Assembly: GCA_046563655.1 (NCBI GenBank) | Contig: CM102284.1 | Location: forward strand, 868,001-932,000 | Direction of reading: 5' to 3' | DNA: 64,000 bases | Origin: Yuukianura sp. NJ FZ-2021 | Taxonomy: Eukaryota | Notes under the pieces: generated by a model | What the model was told of the DNA's origin: nothing | Database searches by the model: none | What the model saw: only the letters and a program-made list of their open reading frames with translations | In this document: positions 1-12,346 of the stretch, piece by piece | Layout of the letters: the number at the start of each line of letters is the position of its first letter | Position numbering within the stretch: position 1 is the first letter of the stretch | Position numbers and translations under genes: made by a program

Positions 1-242
1 TGTAATGCAGTAAAGGCAGAGTCAATTTGGGTCTCATTTTGTGGTAACACGATAAGCTGAATCGGTTGATTTGAAAAGTATTTCAGTTCAAAACTTGTTT
101 TCGCATGTGCAACGACAAATACATGGCAGTAGTCGTATCCAAGATCTTCAAATTTAGTTGCCTGATCGAAATTGGTGGAAATTGTGGAAATAATATTTGC
201 AAAATTTATGAACAGTTTGAAATGGTGGTATACTGACTTCAT
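1..242 (-). CDS. 5' part of a gene running off the window edge; possibly a divergent ionotropic-receptor-like protein
   Basis: ATG at 242 (minus), open for 80 codons to the edge: MKSVYHHFKLFINFANIISTISTNFDQATKFEDLGYDYCHVFVV...; the N-terminus with CHVF resembles the CDVNF start of the IR-like ORF at 22680. Family call is weak. Confidence 0.4.
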   Translation of the reverse strand, partial: MKSVYHHFKLFINFANIISTISTNFDQATKFEDLGYDYCHVFVVAHAKTSFELKYFSNQPIQLIVLPQNETQIDSAFTAL

Positions 243-997
243 TTTTTATAAATAATTCGCACTACACTTTTGCTCCACACCGAAAACCTAAATATATATT
301 TGTGGCGCCATAAAATTTCTGACCTTGTTTAGAATTTTGCATTTGAATTCCTCTTTTTATGAAACTGTTTTGCTCATGGGGGTTGTTTATTTTGAACTTT
401 GAGTTTCACAGAAATGCGCTTTTCAACTTTTTTGTAAATATTTTATTAGCCAATTGGTACCAAATGATAGGTTGTCTTCCATGAAGATGAAATCGTAAGT
501 ATCGCATTTGTAGCATATCTGCATATCTAATGTTTGACGCAAATGCAAGGCAGCAAGAATATTCAGTGTGTCTAATCTGTTTGTGTAGTGGAGACGTAAT
601 ATTTAGCATGAACGGAGTATAATTTGTTGTTTTCCGCTTCGAACTACTTTAATATAAGTAGTAATTCCTTTTTCCGTGCGTGTCAAATTTTAGTGAAAAA
701 CAAAATTTAAACTGCTTGCACTTAATTGCCTCCAACGTCCAAAATCCGTTTTTAGCCACAGTATTTTGTTCAAGTTGTTTTATTTTCATTAAAACATATA
801 ACAAGTAAGTTACTTTTAAAAATGTATTTGATAAATCGAAGTTGTAAGGAAAATAGGAGCCGATTTTTGTAGAAGAATTAAAATATTATTTTGATTTGTC
901 AGAAGAAATTATGGATCTCACAATTTAAATAGAAGCTCATGCCAGACGTGATACAAAACAATGATTATTAGATACTATGATACGATATGATTAGATA

Positions 998-2408
998 CTA
1001 ATTATTCAATAGAACCATAAGTTGCATAGTGTAGTCAACAATGTTTTGGTTCACAGTGACGGCCATTCCTTTATCGATATAATTCAGTGTCCCACATTTC
1101 AAAAAACATGGGCGTAGAGCTCTCATCTTCATACGTCCAAGTTTGCCCAGCTCTGCTTCTGCCCTTCGCTGAAGTAATGTTATGCAATTGAGGGATAAAG
1201 TGTGGGTCATAGCTGCCGTTCCCAAAAATACGTTCATAGTGACCAATGCAACTATCGCAAGAGAAACAAAGAGGAAGCTGCTCATGAGGTTGTCAGCTTT
1301 CAATCCAGCAGCAAATGCAACAGCACAATATCCAATTACCAGCACAACTAACACGGCCGATTGCACAAGAAAAAAGTCTGAGACCATTGACGTAAAGATT
1401 GCAATAGCATTGTAGCGACTCAATTCCTTATCCAAACTGAGTTTCTGTCTTCTTGCTTCGAGTTGCGCAGGAGAAAACCAGAAATTTACGATGTCTTTGT
1501 AACTTAGGGCAAATATTGCATACGGGATGAATTTGTATCCAAAAAGACACGCGCAGTATGCACGAATTGCTATTACAGTTAGAGTAATAAATGAAGTCAG
1601 AATGTAGCATATTGGGCTACACGAGGCTAAGAACATGGTTTCTGCCAATCTTTGAACCAGATAATGGAATGTGCAAAATGCTGGCAGCGAATTCCCGATG
1701 GTTAGGAATGTGGCTAGTATGGGCATTACCATTTGGAGCGATTTCATTAACCAAAACTGTTTGTAGGCTTCTGGCTTGCAGTATAAAGTGTTTTCTATCA
1801 ACAAAAAAACACAAATTTTGAACACAGTTTTAGTATGTATTTACTATTAAGTATATTACCTATGCTTACATATTATGTATATTAAGATATACTTAGCCTA
1901 TATACTATATACTTTATTAGTTAGCACGCTATATTTGTATATTCCTATAAACTATATACTATACCTCTATACTATATTAGTATACAGTATATAGCTACTA
2001 TATACCTTAGTAAGCATATGGTCAGGTATTATGTACATGTTATTTACCACTTTTCGGAGATTGGAGCAGCATGAATACGTTGACAGTTTGTTGGCATAGT
2101 TTCTGATACCAGATGATGCTCATATCTGTGATTATATTCTCCACAAAAAGCGCGACAGTAACAGCACATTGGAATGTGACTATTGGCCTGAGGCCTTCCA
2201 AGTGATTGGCAATGCCGAAGAAACCAAATACTACGACTGTAAACACCTCCAACAACAAATTGCAAACCGATCTTAAACGGTGTTTCCTTGACCTATCCAC
2301 AACAAAGACCTTCAATTCTTTGCTCCAGACGAGTGGTGATTGGTAAGTTTTATAAGTTTTTTGCAGCGAGCGTAACAATAACTGCAGTGGTGGACTGGGG
2401 TGTTCCAT
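998..2408 (-). CDS. Divergent 7-TM chemoreceptor (gustatory-receptor-like), 2 exons, ~385 aa
   Basis: Exons 2408-2048 and 1794-998 join in frame via a GT-AG intron; multiple hydrophobic helices; C-terminus LRPCFLKCGTLNYIDKGMAVTVNQNIVDYTMQLMVL fits the GR-superfamily TM7 pattern. Confidence 0.7.
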
Positions 2409-3234
2409 TTTTAGCAGAGATGCTGAAAATATAGACTCAACTCCAAGCTCTTCCAGAGTTACTAAAAATTTACTTTTCCTGGGACCTCAACCTTCTGGAA
2501 GTTTTAAAAGTTAAAAAGAAACATTATGCAGAAAGTTGTGTTTATATATTTGTTTAAGTTGCATATTGACAAAGTTATACTCTAGAAACCATCAAACGTC
2601 GAGGTTAAGGTCATCTTGAACGCCGTATGTCGTGTATACTAATAAAACTCAAGTTTGTTTCTGTGAAATACCACTTTAGCAGTTCAATTTCAAAATTGAT
2701 TTCTAAACGGAACTGTGATGTGATGTCAGTCTTCTGTCAACCGCGTGGCACAATACACGTAAAAAATTATTTACAGTCCAATTCGCTTGAAATTTTTACC
2801 ACTTATGGTAATTGAAAGGTCATTTTTCTAAGTGTGGTTTGTGCAAAACTAACTTGGAAATGTCACCAAATTGACCTTATGCGAGTGATATATGATTAGG
2901 GGTGTAGTCCTTCACAAAATTTCTACGAGTCCGATTTCGTATTTTGACTGGTTTTTTTGAAATCCGGATTTCAAGAACCCGAATCCATCAAAAATCAACA
3001 AAATCTGAATTTGCACCTATGATGATTGGCCTTTTGTGCATTTCAATTTTGGAGTACTACATGAAATAGAAAGAGTCCAGGGTCCGTTGACTAAAGTTAT
3101 TTCAAATGTTATGATAAGACAGTGATTATCAATTACGATACCTGTGAAGGTAAAAACCACCGAATTTTTTGAAATCAATTCCAACAACCTCCGATTTTAA
3201 AAATTTGAAACTTGCAAAATTTGCTTTAACCAAA

Positions 3235-6200
3235 ATGCAGGCACAAGAGTGTTTCCATTTGGTTCTTCTGCTTGGCGTTTTCGGTTGCATTGCGCATGCG
3301 AGTCCTGCGCATCCCTTGACACGTCAAGGGTTCCACGACATTGTGCAGCGACATGCACCAAAGGCAGACCAGCCTGGGATGCTTCAAAACGAAGACGCTT
3401 TTCTTACAGTCGTAAGTTGACTTTGAAAAATCCAACTTTTTTGAAAGTTTGGAAGTTCAAAATTTGAAATTTGGAAATTTTGAACCTTCCAAGTGTTGAT
3501 ATGAGTCGAATGTTTCCGAACTAGCCCGAGATTATTCGGAAGTACGGTTACCCTGCAGAGGAGCATGAAGTCATAACTGAAGACGGTTATATCTTGACGG
3601 TACACCGAATTCCGCACGGAATCGCCGAAGGTTCGGGACCAGCTCCGAACAAACCCGTCGTTTGGCTACAACACGGTCTCCTAGGCGACAGTTCCAACTG
3701 GATTATGAACACCGAAGAAAAAGCCCTTGGTAAAAACAACTTTTTTTTTTTCAAAAATTTCGATTTCAAAAATTTTGAACATTGCTATAGCCTACACTCT
3801 TGTCAATTTGGGCTACGACGTTTGGATGGGAAATGCTCGCGGAAACACTTACTCCAGAAGACACGTCTCGTTTGACCCCGATGCGCCGAAAACAGAGTTT
3901 TGGAAATGGAGGTAATTTGATAAAATTTCAATCTAAACATTTTTTAAAAAAAAAATTAATTTTTTGAATTTTTTTTTTTTTCGAAATTTCAGTTGGCATG
4001 AAATGGGCATATACGACGTTCCTGCCGTCCTCAACCACATTTTGACCACAACAGGACAACCGGATCTGTACTACGTCGGACACTCCATGGGCACAACCAT
4101 GTTTTGGGTAAGTCCGTAATTTATTATCTAATCAATTGCTAATCTTATCAATTGCTAATTGCCAATTTGCACGCGAATTGCTGTCAATAACACCTCAATT
4201 AACTGCGCCTAAGGTTCCAGGTCATTAGCGCGAAAACAATAGGCGCGAATTCACTAGGCGCGAATGCATTAAGCGCGAATACAATAAGCGCGAATGCAAA
4301 TAAGCGCGAAGGTAATTAAGCGCGAATGTAAATAAGGGCGAATGCAATTGGCGCGCCCCTACATTAGCGCGAAGGAAAATAAGCGCGAATTTCTAATAAA
4401 CAAAACCAGAAATTTAAATACGTTAGTCTGTCATTTTTAACAACGGACTAGATGCTTGGAAACCTAAACAAACCTAACCTAAGCGTCATAAAACTATAGT
4501 TGTATTGTTTATTGTAACCTAACCTATGATAATTAAGTAAAACAAAACCAAAAAATATATTTAAAAAAAGAGCAAACCTACCAACCCTATTCTAACTTTA
4601 AACTTTCGCAAACACAAGCAATTTGAAACCCAAATTAAAAAACCCAACTTCAGTTTCCATTTTAAATACGAATTCGCGCTTATTTACCTTCGCGCTAATG
4701 TAGTGGCGCGCCAATTGCATTCGCGCATAATTACATTCGCGCTTAATTACCTTCGCGCTTATTTGCATTCGCGCTTATTGTTTACGCGCTTAATGCATTC
4801 GCGCTTAGTGAATTCGCGCCTATTGTTTTCGCGCTAATGACCTGCTACGGCGCCTAACATAACTTATGGTGATGTTTGACCTTTGACCCTTAGGTGGCAA
4901 TGTCCATGAACCCTGCTCTTAATGACAAGATCCGCCTCATGTCAGCTCTTGCTCCCGTCGCATATTTTGACTACGCTAAAACACCACTCATGGTCATCGC
5001 TCCACTTTTCCATGCACTATGGGTAAAATTATAAAATATAAACATGATTTTATATATATTTTAATTAGATTATACAAAGCAAGGTTCCTATAGTAACCAA
5101 AATACGTTTTCAACAACATGTTAGGCAATAAGTCCCGCTTTCGAAAAAACTCTCCCCAACCTTTTATTCGTAAACAAGAAAACAGTCTTTTCTTTAACAG
5201 GCTAGGCAATGAGTTGCTTTTCTATTTTTCCCCCCAAAATTCCAAGAATGAAAAGAAAGCCTGACTGTCGTTTCCATGCCAATTTTTGGAAACAGAATTT
5301 TTTTTATTCATTTTTAACGTTGAATTTGGTGCAAACTTTTACATTTTCGCACAAACAGGGCGATAAACAACTTTGGGGGAAACAGATGAAAAAAAAAGTA
5401 TGGGGAGCGATTTTTTGAAAGTGGGACTTATTGCCTAACCTGTTAAATCTATTTTGTTGCTATAGAAACCTTGCTCAAAATGAACCAAAAGAATCAAGGT
5501 AAATAGAATACTTATAGGTACGGTTCCTAAAAATTGTTTTTTCAAAACCGAGTTGCTATGGGATTTTTTTCACTCCGAGTTCACTCATTTACAGTGTTGT
5601 TCAAAATTTTCATCATTTTAGTCTCAATACTTTCGCCGCAAACTTAAAAATAGCTTGAAAACTCGGATGAACCTGTATTTTCACTCGGAGTGACGTCACT
5701 GTGAGTGAAATTGTAAACAAATAAAGAATCGGTTTTGGTCGCTAAGGCATTTTTGCCGCCCCCTGCAAAAGAATTCGGTTTCCAAAAATTACCAAGGAGA
5801 CGGGAGTCGCCGTGATCTCTTTTCATTTTTGCAATTTCCAACTGCAAAAAATAAAAACCGTCTTGTTGTCTAACCTGTTGTAGAAAAACAATTTTCTTGT
5901 TTACGAACCTTGTATACAAACTTTGTTTTTTCATAGGGGATGAGGGAGTTGGTGAGTGTGGGTGAATTTCTGCCGAACAGTGCATTTATGAAACTGATTG
6001 GACAGACAGTGTGTCAAGAGGAGAGTCCCATTCAAGAACTTTGTTCAAACGTTTTGTTCCTTATGGCTGGATACAACACAGATCAACTCAACACCACTGC
6101 ACTACCAATCATATTCGGTAAGTGGGAAATTCAAAATTGAAATTTTCAAAAAAATCAAAAAGTACATTTTGCCAATTTGGAAACCTTTGAATTTTAGGAC

Positions 6201-6630
6201 ACACTCCGTCTGGATCGTCCACGCAAGTTCTTGTCCATTACGCCCAAATCTACAGCAGTGGAATTTTTAGACAAATTGACTACGGTAAAGAAGAAAATTT
6301 AGAAAAATATGGAACGGAGATCCCGCCATCTTATGACTTCAACAACGTCAAATGCCCTGTGGGCTTGTACTGGGGAGCCAATGACTGGCTAGCTTCGTAA
6401 GACCACAAATTTCAAAATTTTGACTTTTTTTAAAATTTTGAAATTTGACTTTGTGTAGGGAGCGTGATGCTTACCATATTGCCGAAGAATTGCCGCAATT
6501 GGTCCGAAAGTACCGCGTGCGACATGACAAGTACAATCACTTGGATTTCCTTTGGGCATTGGACAACCAACTTCTGCTCAACAACGCCATTGTTCAGTAC
6601 ATTCAAAAATACGAAGCCGCCAAACCTTAA
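3235..6630 (+). CDS. Secreted acid lipase (lipase 3/gastric-lipase family), copy 1, 8 exons, ~432 aa
   Basis: Exons 3235-3411, 3525-3729, 3791-3911, 3993-4107, 4894-5022, 5937-6117, 6198-6396, 6459-6630; signal peptide; [31 protein letters not shown] nucleophile, NDWLA Asp, YNHLDF His. Confidence 0.95.
4213..4849. mobile_element. Foldback-type MITE with ~180-bp inverted arms made of GCGCGAA subrepeats, 8-bp TSD
   Basis: 4219-4391 is the near reverse complement of ~4671-4844; GCGCCTAA is duplicated at 4205-4212 and 4850-4857; the paralogous introns (~18051, ~20989) carry the single empty site. Confidence 0.9.
5080..5473. mobile_element. CAAGG...CCTTG MITE (P-element-like family)
   Basis: Termini CAAGGTTCCTATAG / CTATAGAAACCTTG; subterminal inverted GTTAGGCAATAAGTCCC / GGGACTTATTGCCTAAC; a related end lies at ~5870-5912. 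No clean TSD at this copy. Confidence 0.7.
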
Positions 6631-7173
6631 AATTCTGTTTAAAAAATTTCAAATACAGTGTCACGTTAATGATAATGTTAATGTTAATAATAAGTCCTAA
6701 CGCAACGGAACGGACTCAAAGTGTGTTTCAAAAAATACGAAAGAAAAAAAAATGAAGCTATGGCATAACCTGTTAAAAAAAACAAAATTTCGATTTGAAC
6801 AACCTTGGTTCGGAGGCATGGCACGGCACAATGTTACATAGGTGGGTTCACTTGTGAATAAACTGAAGATTAAAAAGTTCAAACATTTCTCCGCTTGGAA
6901 ATGCCTCATATTTTAGGAGAAATGTGAATTAAAAAGTTTAAAAATCGCTCTAAAGTTCAAGCTCTAATGTTCTAAAGTTGAAAATGGGGCATATTTTAGG
7001 AGAAATGTGACAGACAAGACAAAAGTACAAATTCTAATACTGACAGCTTCGAGTTTAAATTATTCCGGGTGGCAGGTATAAGTATAGCGTCTGAAAAATG
7101 AAAAGAATTGTTCCAATATTTGAGTAGTAAAAGTATTCTAACAATTAAAGACTAAGTAACGAAAGATTTAAAA

Positions 7174-8757
7174 ATGAACTTATCCCCTGCCATTCCCACT
7201 GCTTTAATTTTTTGGGCAGTTGTTACTGTCCAAGAACCATGCAAGCCAGGAATCACAAGAACGGTCACCTGTCACCATACTAAGTCAGATCCAGAAGGAA
7301 GTGGCCTCTCACCAGTGGCGTGTGCTTGCCACGAGTGTGACGACACACCTTTCTACGCCTGCGCAAACGCAGCAACCAAAGGGGTCGTTGCTGAAGGAAA
7401 ACGTAAATACTCACAAATATTTAATATAATGATATAATTTGATTTAATATAAGTTTGTGCAATATAATATACGAATGAAATATTATTTAAATTAAATTAC
7501 ACCTAAGTTCCAAAATAAGAAACAAAGTTCCACTTGAAGGGGCGGAGTAATCTTGTTCCTTATCGAACGCAAGGTGTAAAAGGTATAATTTTCAGATGAC
7601 GGATGTAGCGTGGGTACTTGTTCTCAGTGCAAACCTGCAGGGACCAGTTGCAGAAAAGGTGACCTCTGTTGTGATTCTTACATCTTCAATTTCAGGCCGT
7701 ACTTTGAAACATACGATGTAGTTTATGGTTACTGCTCTGCTCAGGGGAAGTGCGCCCTCTGTGCAGCCGATAATCACCTCTGTCGCCATGACACACGTAA
7801 AAAAATTAAATGCTGCTCATCACTCACGAATCACAGCTTACCATCATTACCATGCCGTTTGTCAGACGACAAACGATTCTCCTTCTGCGTAGCTGACGCC
7901 TGCGCACGCGGTCCCAACGGCCGAACCCTGTATGGTGACAATTGTCCTCAGATTTCAAAGAACTACTTCTTTTGCGCATGCGGAGAAGTCAATAAGAAGG
8001 GAAAAGTCGTCAAGGATTTCAAGCAGTGCAAGGGCAGCAGTTGCGAAAAGTGTATTCCACCAGGTACTTCCAAATATACAGCACATCCTCTCATTGCACA
8101 ACGTGTAGCTCCGCCTCTCTCGGAGGTTGCCAAGGTTTCCATAGCAACAAAATAGCATCAAGAGGTTAGGCAATAAGTCCCGCTTTCAGAAAATCTTTCC
8201 CCAAACTTATTTTTTCACCCAAGTTTCACCCAGACTTGTTTTGTGCAAGAATGTAAAGGTTTGCACCAAACTTAACGTTCAAAATGAATGAAAAAAATTC
8301 GATTTCCAAAAATCGCCCAAGAAACTAGACTTGCCGTGATTGTCTTTTCATTTTTGAAATTTTGGGGAGGAAAATGGAAAAAGTGACTTATTGCCTAACC
8401 TGTTAAAGAAAAAACTATTTTCTTGTTTACGAACCTTGTTGGGTTGGCGTATTAAAGAATCAAAATAAATTTGAGTTGTGATTCCTCCATCTAGGTTACG
8501 CATGTACTCCTGGCAACACTGAAAGAGAATGTTGCGACAGAGACGCAGAAGAGACTACACACGTGACGACGGAATGCCGAAATGGGAAATGCCAGGAATG
8601 TTTTAAGCCGTATCAGCCGCTAGGTGCCTTTCACAAGAACCTCGATTGCAACCATACCAAAATTCCGTGTTGCCTGGACGACGAAGACCCTGAGGAATAC
8701 AAATACAAGTGTGCAGAAGATCCTGAAAACAAACTATTCAGATGTGAATACGAATGA
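7174..8757 (+). CDS. Secreted cysteine-rich protein with four C-C-CC-C-C (knottin-like) modules, 3 exons, ~319 aa
   Basis: Exons 7174-7402, 7596-8063, 8495-8757 splice in frame (phase 1, 1); signal-like MNLSPAIPTALIFWAVVTVQ; TATA-like GGTATAAGTA at ~7075; AATAAA at ~8827. Confidence 0.8.
8131..8438. mobile_element. CAAGG...CCTTG MITE in intron 2 of the Cys-rich gene
   Basis: Same termini and subterminal GGTTAGGCAATAAGTC / GACTTATTGCCTAACC as 5080-5473. Confidence 0.75.
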
Positions 8758-9534
8758 TTCGGACCAATTTGTCGAAATTATTGGTTAAATTGGTTAAACC
8801 TTAACGAAAAACGCCATTTTAGTTTGAATAAATAAGCAAAATTTGTTTGCCAAACCATGCATGCAAACCGCTGTCAAGAAAATTTTACCATTTCTGTCAA
8901 TGAATGTATTCCTTAAAGGATTATTGTTATTGTATAAGTATCCAATCTAAAATGGAACTTATAAGAGATGAAAAATTGTCAAGAAAAGTTAACGTTGGTC
9001 AAACTTATAAAATTCATCATTTTTAAATTTGATTGACATGATGACATTAGAAAGAACAAAGCTTATGCTAAGTAGGTTCACGGGTGAAGAAACTGGTGAT
9101 GAAAAAGTTAAAAGTTCTAACCTAAATTTTCAAAATTTATTTCTACATCGAACTCTGATGTCAATTTTCTCTAAACGAGCGTGACATAAAACCATGCAAA
9201 AATTTTGCGGTTCGATCCGGAATCTTTAGCACGCTTTGAGTGGTTGGCTCCTCTAAAACTTTGGACTAACGATGATGAGGTCAATGGTGTCAATGTCAAA
9301 TATGTTTTTTTTTAAATTGAACTTTGGCACATGTTTTGACATTTTGGGCTTAAAAATGAAGTGAAAAGTGTCCAAGGTCCGTTATTAACCAAAACTATTT
9401 TGAATGTTTTGATTAGACACACTGATTATCATTGCGATACGCGTGAAGGTAAATAGCGCCAAATTTTTCGAAATCAACATCAAACAACCTTCGGTTTCAA
9501 AAATTTTAAACTTTCAAAATTTACTTTGACCAAA

Positions 9535-11700
9535 ATGCAGGCACAACAGTGTTTCCATTTGGTTCTTCTGCTTGGCGTTTTCGGCTGCATTGCGCATGCG
9601 AGTCCTGCGCATCCCTTGACACGTCAAGGGTTCCACGATATTGTGCAACGACATGGACCAATGGCAGAGCGACCTGGAATGCTTCAAGACGGTGACGAAA
9701 AACTTAATGTCGTAAGTTAATTTGAAAAATTCAAGTTTTTTTGAAAGTTTGGAATTCAAAATTTGAAAATGTGAAATTTTGAAAATTCTGAGTTATAATA
9801 TAAGCCGAATGTTTCCGAATTAGCCCGAGCTGGTTCGGAAGTATGGTTACCCGCTAGAGGAGCATGAAGTAATTACTGAAGACGGTTATATTTTGACGGT
9901 ACACCGAATTCCGTACGGAATCGCCGAAGGTGCTGGACCAGCTCCGAACAAACCCGCAGTTTGGCTACAACACGGTATGTTGTGTGACAGTTCCAACTGG
10001 ATTATGAACAACGAAAACAAGGCTCTTGGTAAACATGCACATAACATACAAGAAAATTTCAAAAAAAAAACATTTTTCAAAATTTTGACTTTGTTTTCTA
10101 AAAATTTGAAACTCTCGTATAGCCTACGTTCTTGCCAATTTGGGCTATGATGTTTGGATGGGAAATGCCCGTGGAAACACTTACTCCAGACGCCATGTCT
10201 CACTCAACCCAGATAAATTTTCTGACAGGGAAGAATTTTGGAAATTCACGTAATTTATCAAAATTCCAGTTGACAAAGTGCGTTTTGAAAATAATGAAAT
10301 TTTCATAATTTCTTTTTTGAAAATTGCAGTTGGCATGAGATGGGCTTGTACGACGTTCCTGCAGTTCTCAACCACATTTTGACCACAACAGGACAAGATG
10401 ACATTTACTACGTAGGACACTCCATGGGCACAACCATGTTTTTCGTAAGTCCACCATTTGTAATACTAATGCGAAGATGTAAGTGCGAGTCTCCATTGTT
10501 TGATTTGAAAATTCGGAGAAAAATTAAAAATTCTAATTGCCAATTCGTATGTGAACTGCTGTCAACCTATTTTTTAACATGACTTTTAGGTGGCCATGTC
10601 CTTGAACCCTGCTCTCAATGACAAAATTCACCTAATGTCAGCCTTAGCTCCTGTAGCCTATTTTGACTATGCTGAGTCACCGTTAATGGTAATCGCCCCG
10701 CTTGTCGACCAAATAGAGGTAAACACCGAAAATATGGAAATATTTTATATATATTTACATATATATATTTTAATTAAATTATATATTTTTAATAGTGGCT
10801 GATGGAGTTAATGGGAATGCATGAATTTATGCCAAACACTGCTTTTATGCAACTGATTGGACAGACGGTGTGTAACGAGCAGAGTCCTATTAAAGCACTT
10901 TGTTCAAACGTGTTGTTCTTAATTGCTGGATACAACGCAGATCAACTCAACCAAACCGCTTTACCCATCATTCTCGGTAAGTGCAAAGAGTGGAAAACTT
11001 AAAAAAAAATCAAAATTTTTCAAAAAAAAAAATTAAATTACTAGTTCATCCACAAAACTTCGTCCGTTCAAAACTAGCTGAAATTAGCCAGTTTTATTAA
11101 GAAATTAAAATGCGTATTTGAATTTTACATTAATAATCAAGAATCGATAAGAAAAACCGGCTTTTGAAGCAGAGTGGAGAAAAATTGCATACGCGTTTTG
11201 AAAAGTTCATTTTGCCCACTGTGTTGACTTTTTTTTTCAAATTTTTGACAATTTTTTAATTTTAGGACACACACCTTCCGGAACTTCGACGAAAGTGATG
11301 ATCCATTACGCGCAACTCCGAAATTCTGGAGTTTTTCAACAATTTGACTTCGGTAAAAAGGAGAATCTAGAAAAATACGGATCAGAGATCCCGCCAGCCT
11401 ATGACTTCAACAACGTCAAATGCCCTGTGGCTATGTACTTTGGAGCCAATGATTGGCTAGCTTCGTAAGTCCAAAAATTTGAAAATGTTGACTTTTTTTG
11501 AAAATTTTGAAAATTTAACTATGTGTAGGGAGCGTGATGCTCTTCATATTGCCGAGCAATTGCCGCAATTGGTCCGAAACGAAGGAGTGCCACATGACCG
11601 GTACAACCATTTGGACTTTCTTTGGGCAATAGACAACCATGTTCTGCTCAACGACGACGTTGTTGAGTACATTCAAAAATACGAAGCAGAAAAACCTTAA
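9535..11700 (+). CDS. Secreted acid lipase, copy 2, 8 exons
   Basis: Exons 9535-9711, 9824-10028, 10123-10249, 10330-10444, 10590-10718, 10796-10976, 11266-11464, 11529-11700; GHSMG, NDWLA and YNHLDF intact. Confidence 0.95.
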
Positions 11701-11973
11701 AATTCTGTTAAAAAAAATTTTACAGTGTCACATTAACAATATTAACGCACAACCGATATCATTTTTTTGTGGGTTTGAACAATTTGATAATTTTTTCGAT
11801 AAATTTAATACTTTTAATAAATTTAAATTTCCAATTGAAAAGTGACACGAGCATTACAATACTAATAAAATTTCAAAGATAATCAATAAAAAACATTGTA
11901 TCAACAAGAGTACGTATACTTTCGATTTCGAAGGAGTTCAGCTAATTGATCGGTAGAACCATATGTTCCATTG

Positions 11974-12040
11974 TGTAGCCAATTGGCAGGGAGCACCTTC
12001 CCGAAGAAAAGAGGCGTGGGTTCAAGTCCTACTCAGTTCT
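11974..12040 (+). repeat. tRNA-derived repeat (SINE-head-like), degenerate
   Basis: A-box-like GTAGCCAATTGG and B-box GGGTTCAAGTCC followed by a T-rich tail; similar to copies at 19516, 21535 and 55826. Confidence 0.55.
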
Positions 12041-12050
12041 TTACTTTTTT

Positions 12051-12275
12051 CCACGAAATCGGCGACAAAGATGGCGACTTTACCCGCACATTGGAACGCG
12101 ACGATTGGCATGAGGCCTTCCAAGTGATTAGCAATGCCCAGCAAACCAAGCTTTTTGCAACGAGCGTAACAATAACTTGAGTGTTGGACTGTACTGCTCC
12201 ATTCTTACTCACAACGAGAGTTGGGGAGATACCGAAATTATTTGGAATCAACACCAAGGCTTTCATCAGAGTACT
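12051..12275 (-). pseudogene. Internally deleted paralogous fragment of exon 1 of the GR-like gene at 998-2408
   Basis: GCACATTGGAA..ATTGGC.TGAGGCCTTCCAAGTGATT.GCAATGCC matches 2164-2217, and TTTTTGCA.CGAGCGTAACAATAACT matches 2358-2383; ~130 bp between them is missing. Confidence 0.75.
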
Positions 12276-12346
12276 AAACATAAAAGCGTTGAAGCACTCC
12301 TCTTATTAACACAATAGTGGAAGGCAAAAATGATCAAATACTATTA

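Noticed and set aside
406-609. 67-aa ORF upstream of the edge gene
   Set aside because: No recognisable motif or splice support; it might be a decayed receptor fragment but cannot be supported.
8064-8155. C-terminal tail of the 181-aa Cys-rich ORF
   Set aside because: Read-through into intron 2 and a MITE; splicing at 8063 completes a knottin module instead.
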